Shown: positions 12,816-25,444 of the stretch, in pieces | Position numbering within the stretch: position 1 is the stretch's first letter | Layout of the letters: each line of letters begins with the position of its first letter | Origin: Octopus vulgaris | Lineage: Eukaryota | Direction of reading: 5' to 3' | Assembly: GCA_951406725.2 (NCBI GenBank) | Contig: OX597832.1 | Coordinates: 63,364,001-63,428,000 of the forward strand | Length of the DNA stretch: 64,000 nt | Position numbers and translations under genes: made by a program | Notes under the pieces: model-generated | Told to the model about the DNA's origin: nothing | The model's database searches: none | The model's input: the letters and a program-made list of their open reading frames with translations, nothing else

Positions 12816-14854
12816 TAGATATTTTATAATTATATACATAATTATAAAATATTTATATAGATAGATATACACATACAATATACACACACGCACTCATAAC
12901 ACACACACACATGATGAATGTCCATTTGTAAGTAAGGAAAACTATGTCCATGTAAAATGCCAGCAGTGCCTGTGCAAGATTTTAGATCCGATAAAGCTTT
13001 CACAACACATCCTTGATCTTCTCCACCCTATTGACATGATCCAGAGACAAGCTGGGGCAAGATATCTAACACCAATATGGGTCGCAAGCTCAAGAATGTT
13101 ATAGTACCAAGATCTCAAGAGCGAGCAAAAGATCCCCATAATATCCCATGCCATTCCCTGTATATCTGGTTTAATATCAGAATAACCTTCTCCAAGAGAA
13201 GCTGAGGGGTGCCTTATGCTCGGTGGTCTTCCAGAATGCCACATACCAACCCACAAAGATTCAGAAGATAGTCTTTGTATAACAGTTAATGTTCAAAGTG
13301 TGGATGTGTTTATGTGAGAGACACACAGACAGACATACACGCAGGAATGAAATCAAGAGACAGTTGCAGAGACTCGAAATAAGAACTGATGCAAAGAAGA
13401 AGCGGTAGAGAATTCTTTAGTTCCTCTCAACAGATAACAATATCCATGATGCTAGTCATCATCATCTGGCATGCTGGCATGGGTTGGACAATTTGACCGG
13501 GATGGCACACTGGAAGGCTGCACCAGACTCCAATCTGATTTGGCATGATTTTTTCTATGGCTGGATGCTCTTTCTAACTCCAACCACTCCATGAGTGTAA
13601 TGGTTGCTTTTATGTTCCACTGGCATGGGTGCCATTTGCATGATACCTGGGTGCTTTTACATGCCTCTGGCATGGGTGCCATTTGCGTAACACCATTTTA
13701 CATGCCACTGGCATGGGTATCATTTGTGTGACACCTGGGTGCTTTTATATGCCACTGGCATGGGTGCCATTTGCCTGACACCAGGGTGCTTTCACATGTC
13801 ACTGGCACGGGTGCCAATTTACATGACATTGGTATCTGCCACAATTCCGATTTTGCTCAGCTTGATGGCTCTTTTCCTCAAGCACAACATAATGCCAAAG
13901 GTCTCAGCCATTGCCTCCATGGGGCCCAACATTGTGCAGCAATAAAATGCAGTTACTGCACTCTGCAAAATGATCATTGATAGGAAATGCATTTAACCAT
14001 AGGAGACATGCCAAAGAATGGATTGTATAAATGAGAGGTGAATTCCGCAAGCCACATCCATAGACCAGCTGTCTTGAAGGGCAGCAACCTCAAATAGGAT
14101 GATGGGTAGAGAGAAATTCATTAGTTCCAGTGTTGCAATAATGTGTAACACTGTCTAGATTGTAAGACAGGCATAACACCAATGTTGGACAGTTTTCTCT
14201 GTTGTTCTGAGTAAAGCATGATAAAGTGAGCAGTTAAATATTTTCGCACTTAAATTACAGGGATGTAAGCAAACCATCACTGGATGTCAAGCAGTTTGGT
14301 GAGAACTAACACACAAGCACACCATCACTTACACACCTGTAATCATCATCATCATCTTTTAATATCCATCTTCCATGCTGACACAGGTTGCACAATTTGA
14401 CAAGATCCAGACAGGTTCAAAGACTACATCATACTCCAATATCTGCTTGGGCATGGTTTCTATGGCTGGATGCCTTTCCTAATGCCAACCAATCTACAGA
14501 ATGTACTGTGTGCTCCTTTTGTAGCACCTGCAAAATATGTATGTATGTGTTGTGTTATGTTCAATAGGCTTCTTTAGAGTTTCCATTCACCAAATTCATT
14601 CACAATACATATAGGTCAACCCTGGTGCTGTAGTGGAAGACACTTGCCCTTGGTACCACACAGTGAGATGAAGTTAAAATAATAGACAGAGAACACCACT
14701 GGAAAATGCGAAAAGTAAAAGAAGCAGCACATATGCTAGGACACAACAACCTCCTAAGCAGAGCTAGTGCAGATATGGATAGCATATGGGAACTGGTATT
14801 AAGGCAGGATAGGAGAATATTAGATTTATAAGCCCTAAAATTCACTCCATAATT

Positions 14855-14931
14855 GCCCATGGGTATATGACGTGGTGGTTAAGAGTGTGGGCTACTAACC
14901 CCAAGATTCTGAGTTTGATTCCAGGCAGTAA

Positions 14932-14966
<35 letters not shown>

Positions 14967-15105
14967 TCGAAAAAATACCTTAGGAATGAGAACCCAGGCT
15001 CGAAATTTCCCCAAGACACCTGACAAAGGCTGGAGGGTATATCAGCCGAAATGTTGTGTTAACAACAAACAAGATGAGGTCAGATATCTGTCAAATGTAA
15101 ATAAT
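14855..15105 (+). mobile_element. tRNA-headed short element with hammerhead motif, copy 1 (core mutated)
   Basis: A/B-box-like head, (AAT)n spacer, then GACAC-CTGACAA-A-GGCTG...CAGCC-GAAA-TGTT-GTGTT at 15015-15060; colinear with 17983-18203. Confidence 0.8.
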
Positions 15106-15547
15106 GTTCAAAAACATGTTTACGAAATGAATTTCTTAATGACACAGCCAAGTTTGTGCATATGTTATGCAACATTTATTTTAATTTTGTGCTTTTTTCC
15201 CCCCAATTAAATAGCTAATGATGAACTGATTTAAATAATTGGGAGCCCACCCTTTTCCCAGTCAAACTCTTGGCTACACCCATAATTTATGCATAAGAGA
15301 GTATGTGTTTGTCTGCTTTGATAGATTCATGTATTTTCAAAGGTACCGTTAATACTATTCAATAAGTTTTAGTAGTATTTAAACACCTGGATACAATTAA
15401 TTGTAAGGTGTTTCATTAATAATAAATACATACACTCTCTACTTAATATTGTACCGAGAGCTTTTTGTTGGTTAATAGTCTCCTTGACTTTCTTTTGAGA
15501 TACACTCATACACAAACACACAAACATATATACATGCACACACAGAC

Positions 15548-15591
<44 letters not shown>

Positions 15592-15763
15592 TCTCAAGCA
15601 ACAAAAAATGAGTATGAATCAATGGATTTAGTATTATTAATGTGTGTGTGTGAGTTGTGGAAATAAATAGGTAAACAATTCTTTCTCACAGCAAAAAATA
15701 TGGGAGTAGCCATGCAGAAATAAATTAGAGCTAAATATCAAACCAAGCAACAACAACAACAAC

Positions 15764-15820
<57 letters not shown>

Positions 15821-16505
15821 CCTCCCTCACTTACTCGCTTCCTCACTCTCTCACTATTCTCTATCTCACTCTCTCTTACCCTCTCTTTCTCACTTTCTCT
15901 CTCTCTCACTCTCTCTTTCTCTCACTCTCTCTTTCTCAATCTCTTACCCTCTCTTTCTCACTCTCTCTCTCACTCTCTCTATCTCTACCTCCCTCTCTCC
16001 CCCCTCTCTCTCAAGTCACCGACACACCTCAAGCCCAACACTAGAATCCAGGTGATTAAACCTTCGCCATTGTCACCAATCTTATAACTTTGTCATTGTC
16101 TTCAGAGATCCAACAATAAATTTTCATAAAAAGGTGCCCCAGCATGGCCACAGCTCATAGGCTGGAACTGGAATCAATCAATCAATCAATCAAAGGAATT
16201 TCTTGACCGAATATCAGAAATATTCAAATTACCATTAATTACTCAATTTGTGAACCAAAAATTAAAATTCTTTCTTTATTGTTCTTTCTTTCTCCCACAC
16301 CCCTCCCTTCCTCCTTCTCTTCATATTTCTTTTCTCCTTTCTTTTCTTTCTATTCTTTTCACTCTGTCTTCGTCTTACACCCCACCCAAGACAACTTTAT
16401 TTTATCGACCCCAAAAGGATGAAACCAAAGTCCCAGTCAAGTACTGGATTCAATGATATCAATTAAACCCCATTCCCTAAAAATCGCTGCCCTTGTGCCT
16501 TAACA

Positions 16506-16806
16506 CAGTGCTACTCAAAGTAGTGGTCTGTGGACCGGTGCCACACCATGAGCCATTATCTGCCAGGATGCAGCGAGTTTCCAGAAAAGAAAGAAACATA
16601 GAATGCTTATAAAATGCTTATGTAATATTGTATTATTTGTTTACAAAAGAAATATAAGATAAAAAAAAATCTTGTCAACTTTTAGTATATTCATTATATA
16701 TATTGTTTCTGGTATAAATTAATATTACTAAGAAATATTACCGGTCCCTGGCACATTGGTAAAAAAAACTGCTAGTATGCCACATTAGATAGTTTGAGAA
16801 GCACTG
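16506..16806. mobile_element. hAT (Charlie-like) MITE
   Basis: TIRs cagtgctactcaaa / tttgagaagcactg; imperfect 8-bp TSD ccttaaca / tcttaa.. Confidence 0.75.
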
Positions 16807-16812
16807 TCTTAA

Positions 16813-17330
16813 CCCATTAACTGCCAAATTTTTCTATTTATATTTTTTGGCTTTGCCATGTGTATTAGGAGTTAAAATAATATATAGTATTTAAATTTTC
16901 TTCCCATGTGAATTATTTTGAAAATCATGATAAATTTTTCGAAAAGTCCCAAATGGAGATCGCTGAAAAAGTATATTTATCCTTTTTTATTCAATTTCAA
17001 TAATAAACATTTTAGTTTTTTTGGAAACTATAATATCAAATGTGAATGTGTATGAAATATCAATGAATGATATAATAGAGGGGAAATGAAAAACAAAAAA
17101 AAAAGTTTTCAAAATGATCAATATTTTTGTAGTTCAAAAATTGTGATTTATGACATAAAATGTCCTCTAGAATTAGCCAAAGTTAATAATGACAAGCTTT
17201 AACTCCTAAATATTGTTAAACACACCTCTGCAAATGCAATGCACATAAGCAATTCACTTTAAATACAACAAACAGCCAGCAGTGAGACTTTTTAGCAGAT
17301 ATCCAAATTGGGTTCATGGCAGGCAATGGG
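16813..17330. mobile_element. piggyBac-like MITE
   Basis: TTAA|cccattaactgcca ... tggcaggcaatggg|TTAA (TIRs match 12/14, TTAA TSD). Confidence 0.75.
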
Positions 17331-17825
17331 TTAATAAGAAATCATGACTATTTTTAAGGCAATGTTAGCATATTGAACAAAATACTTAGCAGTGTTTCTT
17401 CCAGCTCTTTATGTGCTGAGTTCAAATCCCATTGAGGTCAACTTTTCCTTGCATTTTTTCTGGGTCAATAAAATAAAGTACCATTGAAGTAGTGGGGTCA
17501 ATATAATCAACACACCCCTTTCCACCCAAAATTCTGGCCTCGTGCTTAATTTAGGAAAAATTATTAATGAGACAAGTAAATTGTTCCTTTCTTTGGAAAT
17601 TCTTACATCTAAAAGAATCAATGATTCTTAAAGTTCACAAATTTGAATAAATCAGAAATCTTTTTTTTTTTTAGAGTTCCACCTTCAAGGAATGCTCAAA
17701 ATATCGGGATTTTTTCCTCAAGCTTACAAACTTATCCATATTTGCAGACATTACTCAAATATTACACAATGCTTCATACATATAACTCAAATATGCAAAT
17801 CTACAAACTTATCCTTATTTAGAAA

Positions 17826-18203
17826 CATTACATTTGACGGATATTTGTCTTCATCTTGTTTGTTGTTAACACAACATTTAGGCTGATATACCCTCCAGCC
17901 TTCATCAGGTGTCTTGGGGAAATTTTGAACCTGGGTTCTCATTCCTAAGGTATTTTTTTGACGGTAACCTCTATGCCATATGCCCGTGGGCATATGGCAT
18001 AGTGGTTAAGGGCACGGACTACTAACCCCAAGATTCCGAGTTCGATTCCATGAATAATAATAATATCGAAAAATACCTTAGGAATGAGAACCCAGGTTCG
18101 AAATTTCCCCAAGACACCTGATGAAGGCTGGAGGGTATATCAGCCGAAACGTTGTGTTAACAAGAAACAAGATGAGGACAAATATCCGTCAAATGTACAT
18201 AAT
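17826..18203. mobile_element. Head-to-head fold-back of the tRNA-headed hammerhead element (deleted copy on -, complete copy on +)
   Basis: 17826-17961 is the reverse complement of about 18066-18200; central hairpin ctatgccatatgccc-gt-gggcatatggcatag at 17971-18002. Confidence 0.85.
18113..18158 (+). ncRNA. Minimal type I hammerhead ribozyme motif, core intact
   Basis: GACAC-CTGATGA-A-GGCTG[gagggtatat]CAGCC-GAAA-C-GTT-GTGTT. Helix I GACAC/GUGUU, helix II 5 bp, palindromic helix III AACGTT; predicted cleavage after 18153. Confidence 0.75.
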
Positions 18204-19147
18204 ACCTCATCTCTTATATATAGAACTGTAAAAGGGTTAAAATCTTGTAACACAAAGGCATTTGTAAGTAGAGTATTAACTTTGAAGTAAAAACATCCAC
18301 TTCTCCATGCTTGCATACTTGAGACAGGTTTTCTACCACCAGATGTCCTTCCTGTCACCAACCCTCACCTGTTTCCAAGCAAGGTAATATTTCCCCATAA
18401 CCAGACATGCTTTCACGAAAGATTGCAAATGAAAGACAATGCCTGTATGATGGTAATACATATTTACTATTAAGTGATGTCAAGACAAAGTGTTTCCCCT
18501 CTTTAACGAGAACAGTCATCTGACTCCCCTGCAGCCAGAAATCTGTTGTGCTCTGGCACCTTCTTTCTTACTTTAACCCTTCGGCATAAAACTACATCCC
18601 TCTCTACTTAGGCTTAGGGAAAGAGGATCTTAATCTTTGCATACTGTGTAGTGACCTCACTGGTGCTGGTGCCATGACAAAAACAAACACTCAATATACA
18701 CTATAAAGTGAACAAAACCTGTGTAGAAGATTGTCTTGTAGCTGAGGTTCAAAGACCCAAACTCATGCTTGTTTTACTTGAGAATTACATGAAGGATAGA
18801 TGAGTCTGAGCCACTTCAGCCACTTTGCACTATTGGACAGGAAAGTCACTCTGTGTGTGTGTTTATATATATATATATATATATATACATACACACACAC
18901 ATGCCCATACACACATGTGTGTACTATTACTTCAAGTGAAATAAACAGGGATAATATATAATATACATAAGATCTCCATACATTCAAAGTAAGTGTCATC
19001 TGCATTTTTATGTTTTTGTACCTCAGTATAAACACACACACATGCTTATATATATCTATATTTGTGTGTGTGTGTTTTTAACGTTTTGTTGGAACAAAAG
19101 AAATGACCAATTAGAATAATGCATATAATACAGCAGGATGAAATACA

Positions 19148-19178
<31 letters not shown>

Positions 19179-19614
19179 CATTTATTTTTCTTTTCTTAAT
19201 TACTTGAAGGCTTTTGAAGAAAGAACTAGTTTTCTACGAAAGACTGATACAAGCATTGTTGGGTGATTAACAAGCTTGCTTTTGAAGCATCTGATTTCAG
19301 GTTCAATCCCACTGTATGGCACATTGGGCAAATATTTTCTACTACAACCCTGGGACAACCAAAACCTTGTAAAGAGATGTGGTACACTGAAACTAAAAGA
19401 AGCTTGTCGTGTGTGGGTGTGTGTGTGTGTATCTTTTTATCTTGACATCAATCTGATCATCATCATCATCATTACACATGTAATGTTGTTCATTTCCAGT
19501 CTTCAGTGTACAAAACATGTCTGACCATGAGAAAATATTATCCTTTTTGCAGACAGGCATATGTTGGTGACAGGAAGGGCATCCCATCCTGTCATAAAAA
19601 TTGTGAGACAGAGA

Positions 19615-19825
19615 GGTTTTTTACATTGTATTGTAGGAAAATATGTCCTCGAAAGAGAGAGAGAGACAAAGGTTTTTACATTGTATTGTAGGAAAATATG
19701 TCCTCGGAAGAGAGAGAGAGAGTGAGAGAGAAAGGTTTTTACATTGTATTGTAGGAAAATATGTCCTTGGAAGAGAGAGAGAAAGGTCTTTACATTGTAT
19801 TGTAGGAGAATATGTCTTCGGAAGT
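19615..19825 (+). repeat. Minisatellite, 4 copies of a ~55-65 bp unit
   Basis: aggtttttacattgtattgtaggaaaatatgtcctcggaa(ga)n repeated. Confidence 0.9.
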
Positions 19826-20589
19826 CTTGTTTCAATGAAAATATGTTAGGTTTGGTTCTTAGGAATGTTAGCATGAACATCATTGCAAGGTAGAATATCT
19901 CCAATAGAATTCTAATTCAGAACACACAAATACATTTATATCTGTGTGTTTTATACTGGAGTTTTCTTTATTCTTTTTTTTTTTTCTTGAATTTATTTTA
20001 TTATAATTTTATCAATTATCATGGCAAGAAAGAAAAACAATTATTTAAAACAAAGCAAAGTGACAGAAAGAACAGAATGAGGGCCACATTTACACACCAC
20101 TCCTTCCTGCTTAAATATGTCTTTTTCAGGTTAGAAAAAAAATGTAGCCATACAAATATAATAAATGAAAGAAAGAAATAACGGATTCAAATGGGTGGAA
20201 ACCTGAATATATTTTTTTGTTATTGTTGCTATTTTTTTTTTGCTAATGTGGGTGGAGGGTGGGGGGTATAGTTGTGTCCTTTAATATTTACGTTTACCTT
20301 GTGCCCACACAACTATGAACTCTGAATAAGAAATCTACTTTGGTCGAGATGCAACATTCCTATGTTTGTTTGAAACAAGACTTTTCCCGTTTTCTTGGGT
20401 TTTTTCTTTTTGCCTTTTTACTTTTTTACCTTTTGGGAATGAAGTAGAATGTATGTGTATGTGTGTGTGTGAGAGAGAGAGGGGAAGAGACAGATTTTTC
20501 TCCTTTTTTTAAGCCAATAAATGTATGTATATATATGTATGTAGGAAAGAAAGAAACAGATTTTTTCTTAAACCAAGAAATGTGTGTGT

Positions 20590-20645
<56 letters not shown>

Positions 20646-21981
20646 ACAAGAGAGACAGAAGGCAGATAGAATGAGAGAGAAAAGAGAGAGAGTTAATTAC
20701 AATACTGAACTCCACCTTGTTTAACTCACCAAACCACATACAAATGTAAAAATCTTTTAGATTGACTTCTCTCCCTGATCTGGTCTAGTCTAGTCTGACT
20801 GGCCCGGTTCAGACCTCACCAATTTCTTTTCTTTGCAACTCAATAAAGAGTGGGTTGGCTAGCTGGTTGGCTGGTCGGTTGGTCAGTATCTATGTCAATG
20901 ACATTCTTCTTAATAATATTTTAGCTAAATTTTCTACATGAAACAACAAAAAGAATACTCTCATAAAATTCAAAGAGAACAGCAACAATAAAAACAATCA
21001 AGAAAAACCCACAAAAACACAACTGATCCAGTGAAGTGAATTATTTATTTATTTTTTTCTTTCTCTTACCAAAATATTCATTCATTTCATTTCGCGCTCA
21101 TCTTCGTTAGCAGAAGCCAGAGGTGATCTACATTTGGTTTAATCAACAACAAACAAAATTCTGACCAAAATATTTTGGAAAAAGAAGTTTCATACCTTTG
21201 TCACACCCACATTTTAAATCTCATTTTCTCTGGAAATTTCAAAGAAAACAGGAAAAAAAATTTTAACAGATTCTTGGAGCTTTATCCCGTGTGGTACTGA
21301 ACAGTTTGATGTAGACAAAGCAGGAACTGATTCCACTGGATAATAATATATTCAAACTTGACATCTACAATATTTTTGAGGATATTTCTTGGACACAAAG
21401 ATTACTTGGAAAGCTAACACATAACATTTTCTTTGGATATTTACAACAAAATATATCTCTATATTTCCCTACCTCTATTTTTCTTTATTTGTTGAATATT
21501 TCTAATTGTTTAAATAGCCTTGAGAGCTGTACATAAATTCTCACATGCGCACAAACACCCAAGTACACACACAAACACACGTGGACGGCCACATGTCCTT
21601 GTGAACTCATGTTTGCAGTTAATGTTGATAACATTTACTCCCATTTTTATACAGAAGGCAGTATTCATTTTATTTCTTGACAACTTAGAAGGGTCATGTT
21701 TGTATCGAACCAATTAAGATGGAGCCACAGTTTATTATTTTAGCCCTAATTGTAAAAAATTTTAACAAACCTCTTGGAATTTATAAATTACGGGATATAA
21801 CTATTAGGTGATATAAATACTCATCAGTATTTATTATACATTACTAATTAATTAATTAAATGTCAGTTTATTTGAATAACTATAAATCAAAGAATATTTT
21901 TAAACCAAAAAGAAACAAATTTCAAAGCTAATAAGAGATTTGTGCAAGAATTTTTAGTCTGTTGTATCCTTTGAAATAACA

Positions 21982-23299
21982 ATGTTGGGACAATCAGACA
22001 TCTTCTTCAGCATGGAAGGTGATTTTGAATCACAGAAACATTCAGAGCAAAATATATTCAATTTTGACTTCTCCCAGAAATCAAATCCTTTCAAAAGTCC
22101 ATCTTTACCTGTGTCTCCAGATAAAGATCTGCCACATGCTGTCATTGGAAAATATGGAATACTCACAGATTCAGAGCATATACATGATAAATTATACAAA
22201 GAACTCACTGAATATCTGAAAAAGAGAAAACTTCAGTCTACTAGTTACCACAATATTCCACACGAAATTGAAAAGGAAAATGATTCTCTAATGACTAGAA
22301 GACTTTCTAAGTCACTGGACAATATGGCTGATATTTCAGCTATTCGGAAAATTCTGGAGAAAACAATGCAAAAACGGTTAAATCAGAATGCTGTTTCAAA
22401 CCAGGATGAAGTTGATGCCTTAAGAACAATTGACAGTGTTTTGGAAGAAGAAGAAAAAAAAGATTTACTTATAATGTCACCTATACGCTTGACAAACACT
22501 AAATCTATATCAAGAAACAATTCAACCAATGAGAGAATGAGTTCCACAAGTTCTTCATCAGATGAATCTGATACAATTCCAAAATCAAAGCAAGGATTGG
22601 TTATATCTCAAACTGCAAGATTGAATTCATTTCTCGAAGATGCTAAAACAGAGCAAATGAAGCATAAATTTTACCAAAATAAAAATTCAAAGTTCTTCCA
22701 GAAAGATTCTCCAGAAGAATCAAAGGCATACGCTTACAAATTAAAATCACAAATTCCTCGCAGCAGCAGCAGCAGCAGCAGCAGTAGCAGCAGCTCAACC
22801 CAAACATCGGATGAGTTTAATTCCACGATGAAAACAGAAAGGAGAAATGCTAATATGTTTCAAAAGTCCCCATCTTTTGAGGAACAAAGACAAAAAAAGC
22901 TAATTGCCAATAAAGAATTTTTTGTCAACAATAAATTCTTTGCCAAGCACCAAAAGAATGATTTTCATGTTTCGAATGGTCAACAGGATTTTCAGAATTT
23001 TCGAAACAGATATTCACAGAACACCAAGTTATTGCCATCATCACATTCAGAAATTTATTTAAAACATAGTCACAAAAACAAGCACTATCAACCAACAAAT
23101 TACATTATTGGACGATCTAAATCTTTCACACATGAAGACCGAATCCAACATGTGCCTGTAGTGTGGCGTAGATCTTCTCCTGACAGGCCTAAATCCTGGA
23201 TGGCATCTGAAGAAAATCTTAGTTCAAGTGCTAATAATATTAAACTGATAGTAAAAAACTGCCATGTAGATAAGACTAAGCCAACTAGAATATTCTTGG
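21982..23299 (+). CDS. Filamin-like (jitterbug-type) gene, exon 1 of model: large low-complexity Ser/Lys/Asn-rich N-terminal exon
   Basis: 441-aa stop-free ORF in very AT-rich DNA with an in-frame TAG upstream (21955-21957). It ends at donor TTGG|gtaagt in phase 1, matching the phase-1 acceptor at 35429 (G|GA = Gly). The link to the filamin exons is inferred from phase compatibility and position only. Confidence 0.7.
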
Positions 23300-23485
23300 G
23301 TAAGTGAATGAGATTGACATTTTGTTACTTTTTCTCTCTGGTCATTTTTAGAACTTCTAAGGGTCCTGTAATAATGTGAAAATAAACCCTTAGATTTGTT
23401 TTAGTTTCACTTTATTTTTATCATATAGGAATAGTTAAGTTTTAGTATTTTCAGACATTGTTGTTAGGTAAGATATTTCATAGCT

Positions 23486-23868
23486 GGAGGCGCGATAGCC
23501 CAGTGGTTAGGGCAGCAAACTCGTGGTTGTAGGATTGCGGTTTTGATTCCCAAACCAAGTTGTGTGAGTGTTTATTGAGCGAAAACACCTAAAACTCAAT
23601 GAGGCTCTGGCACGGGGTGGTTCGCGAACCCTGCTGTACTCTTTCACCGCAACTTTCTCTCTTTCTTTCTGTTTCTGTTGTACCTGTATTTCAAAGGGCC
23701 AGCCTCGTCACACTCTGTATCACACTGAATCCCCTCGAGAACTACATGTTAAGGGTACACATGTTTGTGGAGTGCTCAGCCACTTGCACTTGAAATTCAC
23801 GAGCAGGCTGTTCTGTTGATCGGATCAACTGGAACCCTCATCGCCATAACTGAAGGTGTGCCACGACA
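23486..23868 (+). mobile_element. Full-length tRNA-derived SINE with 11-bp target-site duplication
   Basis: Head ggaggcgcgatagcccagtggttag...ggttttgattccc (A/B boxes); TSD atttcatagct at 23475-23485 and 23869-23879. Confidence 0.88.
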
Positions 23869-24914
23869 ATTTCATAGCTAAAAAGAAAATGCAAGATATA
23901 CCAAAAAATGATGTATTCTCTTACCTTTTTAATGATAACCCCACTCCCTCACCACCCACCTTATTCTAGGATACAACTTTTTGCTTTAAAAAGATTAAAA
24001 TTCTTTTTTAGGATACAACTTTTTGTTTTAAAAAGATCTAAATTAAAACCATCAATCAAATTTTCATTTTAATTTCTGTTCCAAACATTAATTTAATAAC
24101 AGCTGAGTTAGTTTACTAAATTTTTCGTTATTTTCATAATTAATTGAAACAAAAGCACTGAGTTTCAACAGAAATATTGCTAATGGAATGGTTAAAGTGA
24201 TTTAAATTAATTAATACCCACACTGCTCCAAACACTAGTTTAATAATGACCAAGTTATTTTACTAAATTCTTCATTATTTTAAAAGCTTAATTGAAACAA
24301 ATGTGGTATATTTTAGCAAAAATATGAGAGCAAAAAACCTGAACATTTTCAGTTAGTCTTGTTTAACCCAACCATGACATCCCTCAAATCCATGATGAAA
24401 CCACTTCAACCATATCCATCACTATTGTCCTGTCTTTCAGCACTACACAAACCATTGTCTCATAAACCTTTCCTTTTTAAGACAGTACTGTGTGATTTCA
24501 AGGAAATTTAGTTGATGTTTCTAGCAGGTCAAGTGACCACACACAGGTTCCCACATTGACTCAAGTTGTTGTTGTTGTTTAACCCTGGGTCAACCCTGAT
24601 CAAGAACACTTAAGTTCAAGCATGTTCTAGTTGACAGTCTTACCTTTTGATAAAACTTTATTTTCTTGAAGATGGCTGGGTGTAATTTGAGGGAGAATTA
24701 GCTGATGTTTTTAGCAGGTTTAGGAACAATGCCAAATCTCCCGCTTTGATTTGTCTAGTAGTAGTAGTAGGAGGAGGATGAGGAGGAGGAGGAAGTGGAG
24801 GTTATATGGTCTGAACAAAGAATTTTAAAATAACCTATTTACGTCTCTGAGTTTTTCTCTCCATAGAACTCACAAATTAATAATGAATCTACCAAGTTGA
24901 ATTTATCAATGAGT

Positions 24915-24953
<39 letters not shown>

Positions 24954-25403
24954 GTAAGATCCAGGGATCGGGGTGTAGGAAGAAAGTTAGCTTGGAGCAA
25001 TCCGTAGTTTATAAAAAAAACATCTTTCAGGGACAATAGTGGTTTACTGAGACAGAAATTTGTGAATTTTTTTTCGTATCAAAGTACAATAAGCTGAAAA
25101 AGCTCTTTTTATATTTCATGGTTGGCGATCAAAGATGCCGGGTGTATGAAGAAAAATACAAGAGTTATGGAATGGAGTAGGTAAGATTCTGATTGAATCT
25201 TCCATACCTCAACATGTACCTCCTTGCAACAATGTAACCTTTAATTTAATCAAGATATCCTTGGCCTGAAGAGTAGCCAGCAGTATACACCTTGCTAGGA
25301 CTTTTACCACTTCTGAGGTTCTGCCTGGATCTTACCTACTCTAATCCATAACTCATGTGTGTGTGTATAATGTATGTTTCTACATAATGTGTTTGTATCT
25401 GTG

Positions 25404-25444
<41 letters not shown>

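Noticed and set aside
12942-13256. 104-aa ORF in apparently unique sequence as a missed exon
   Set aside because: No recognisable motif or convincing splice sites; left unannotated.
17988-18052. Functional tRNA gene (also 23486-23555)
   Set aside because: It has A/B boxes but no complete acceptor stem, and it continues into repeat body sequence, so it is a SINE head.
19615-19825. CRISPR-like repeat array
   Set aside because: The spacers are only (GA)n runs, the context is eukaryotic and there are no cas genes; it is a minisatellite.
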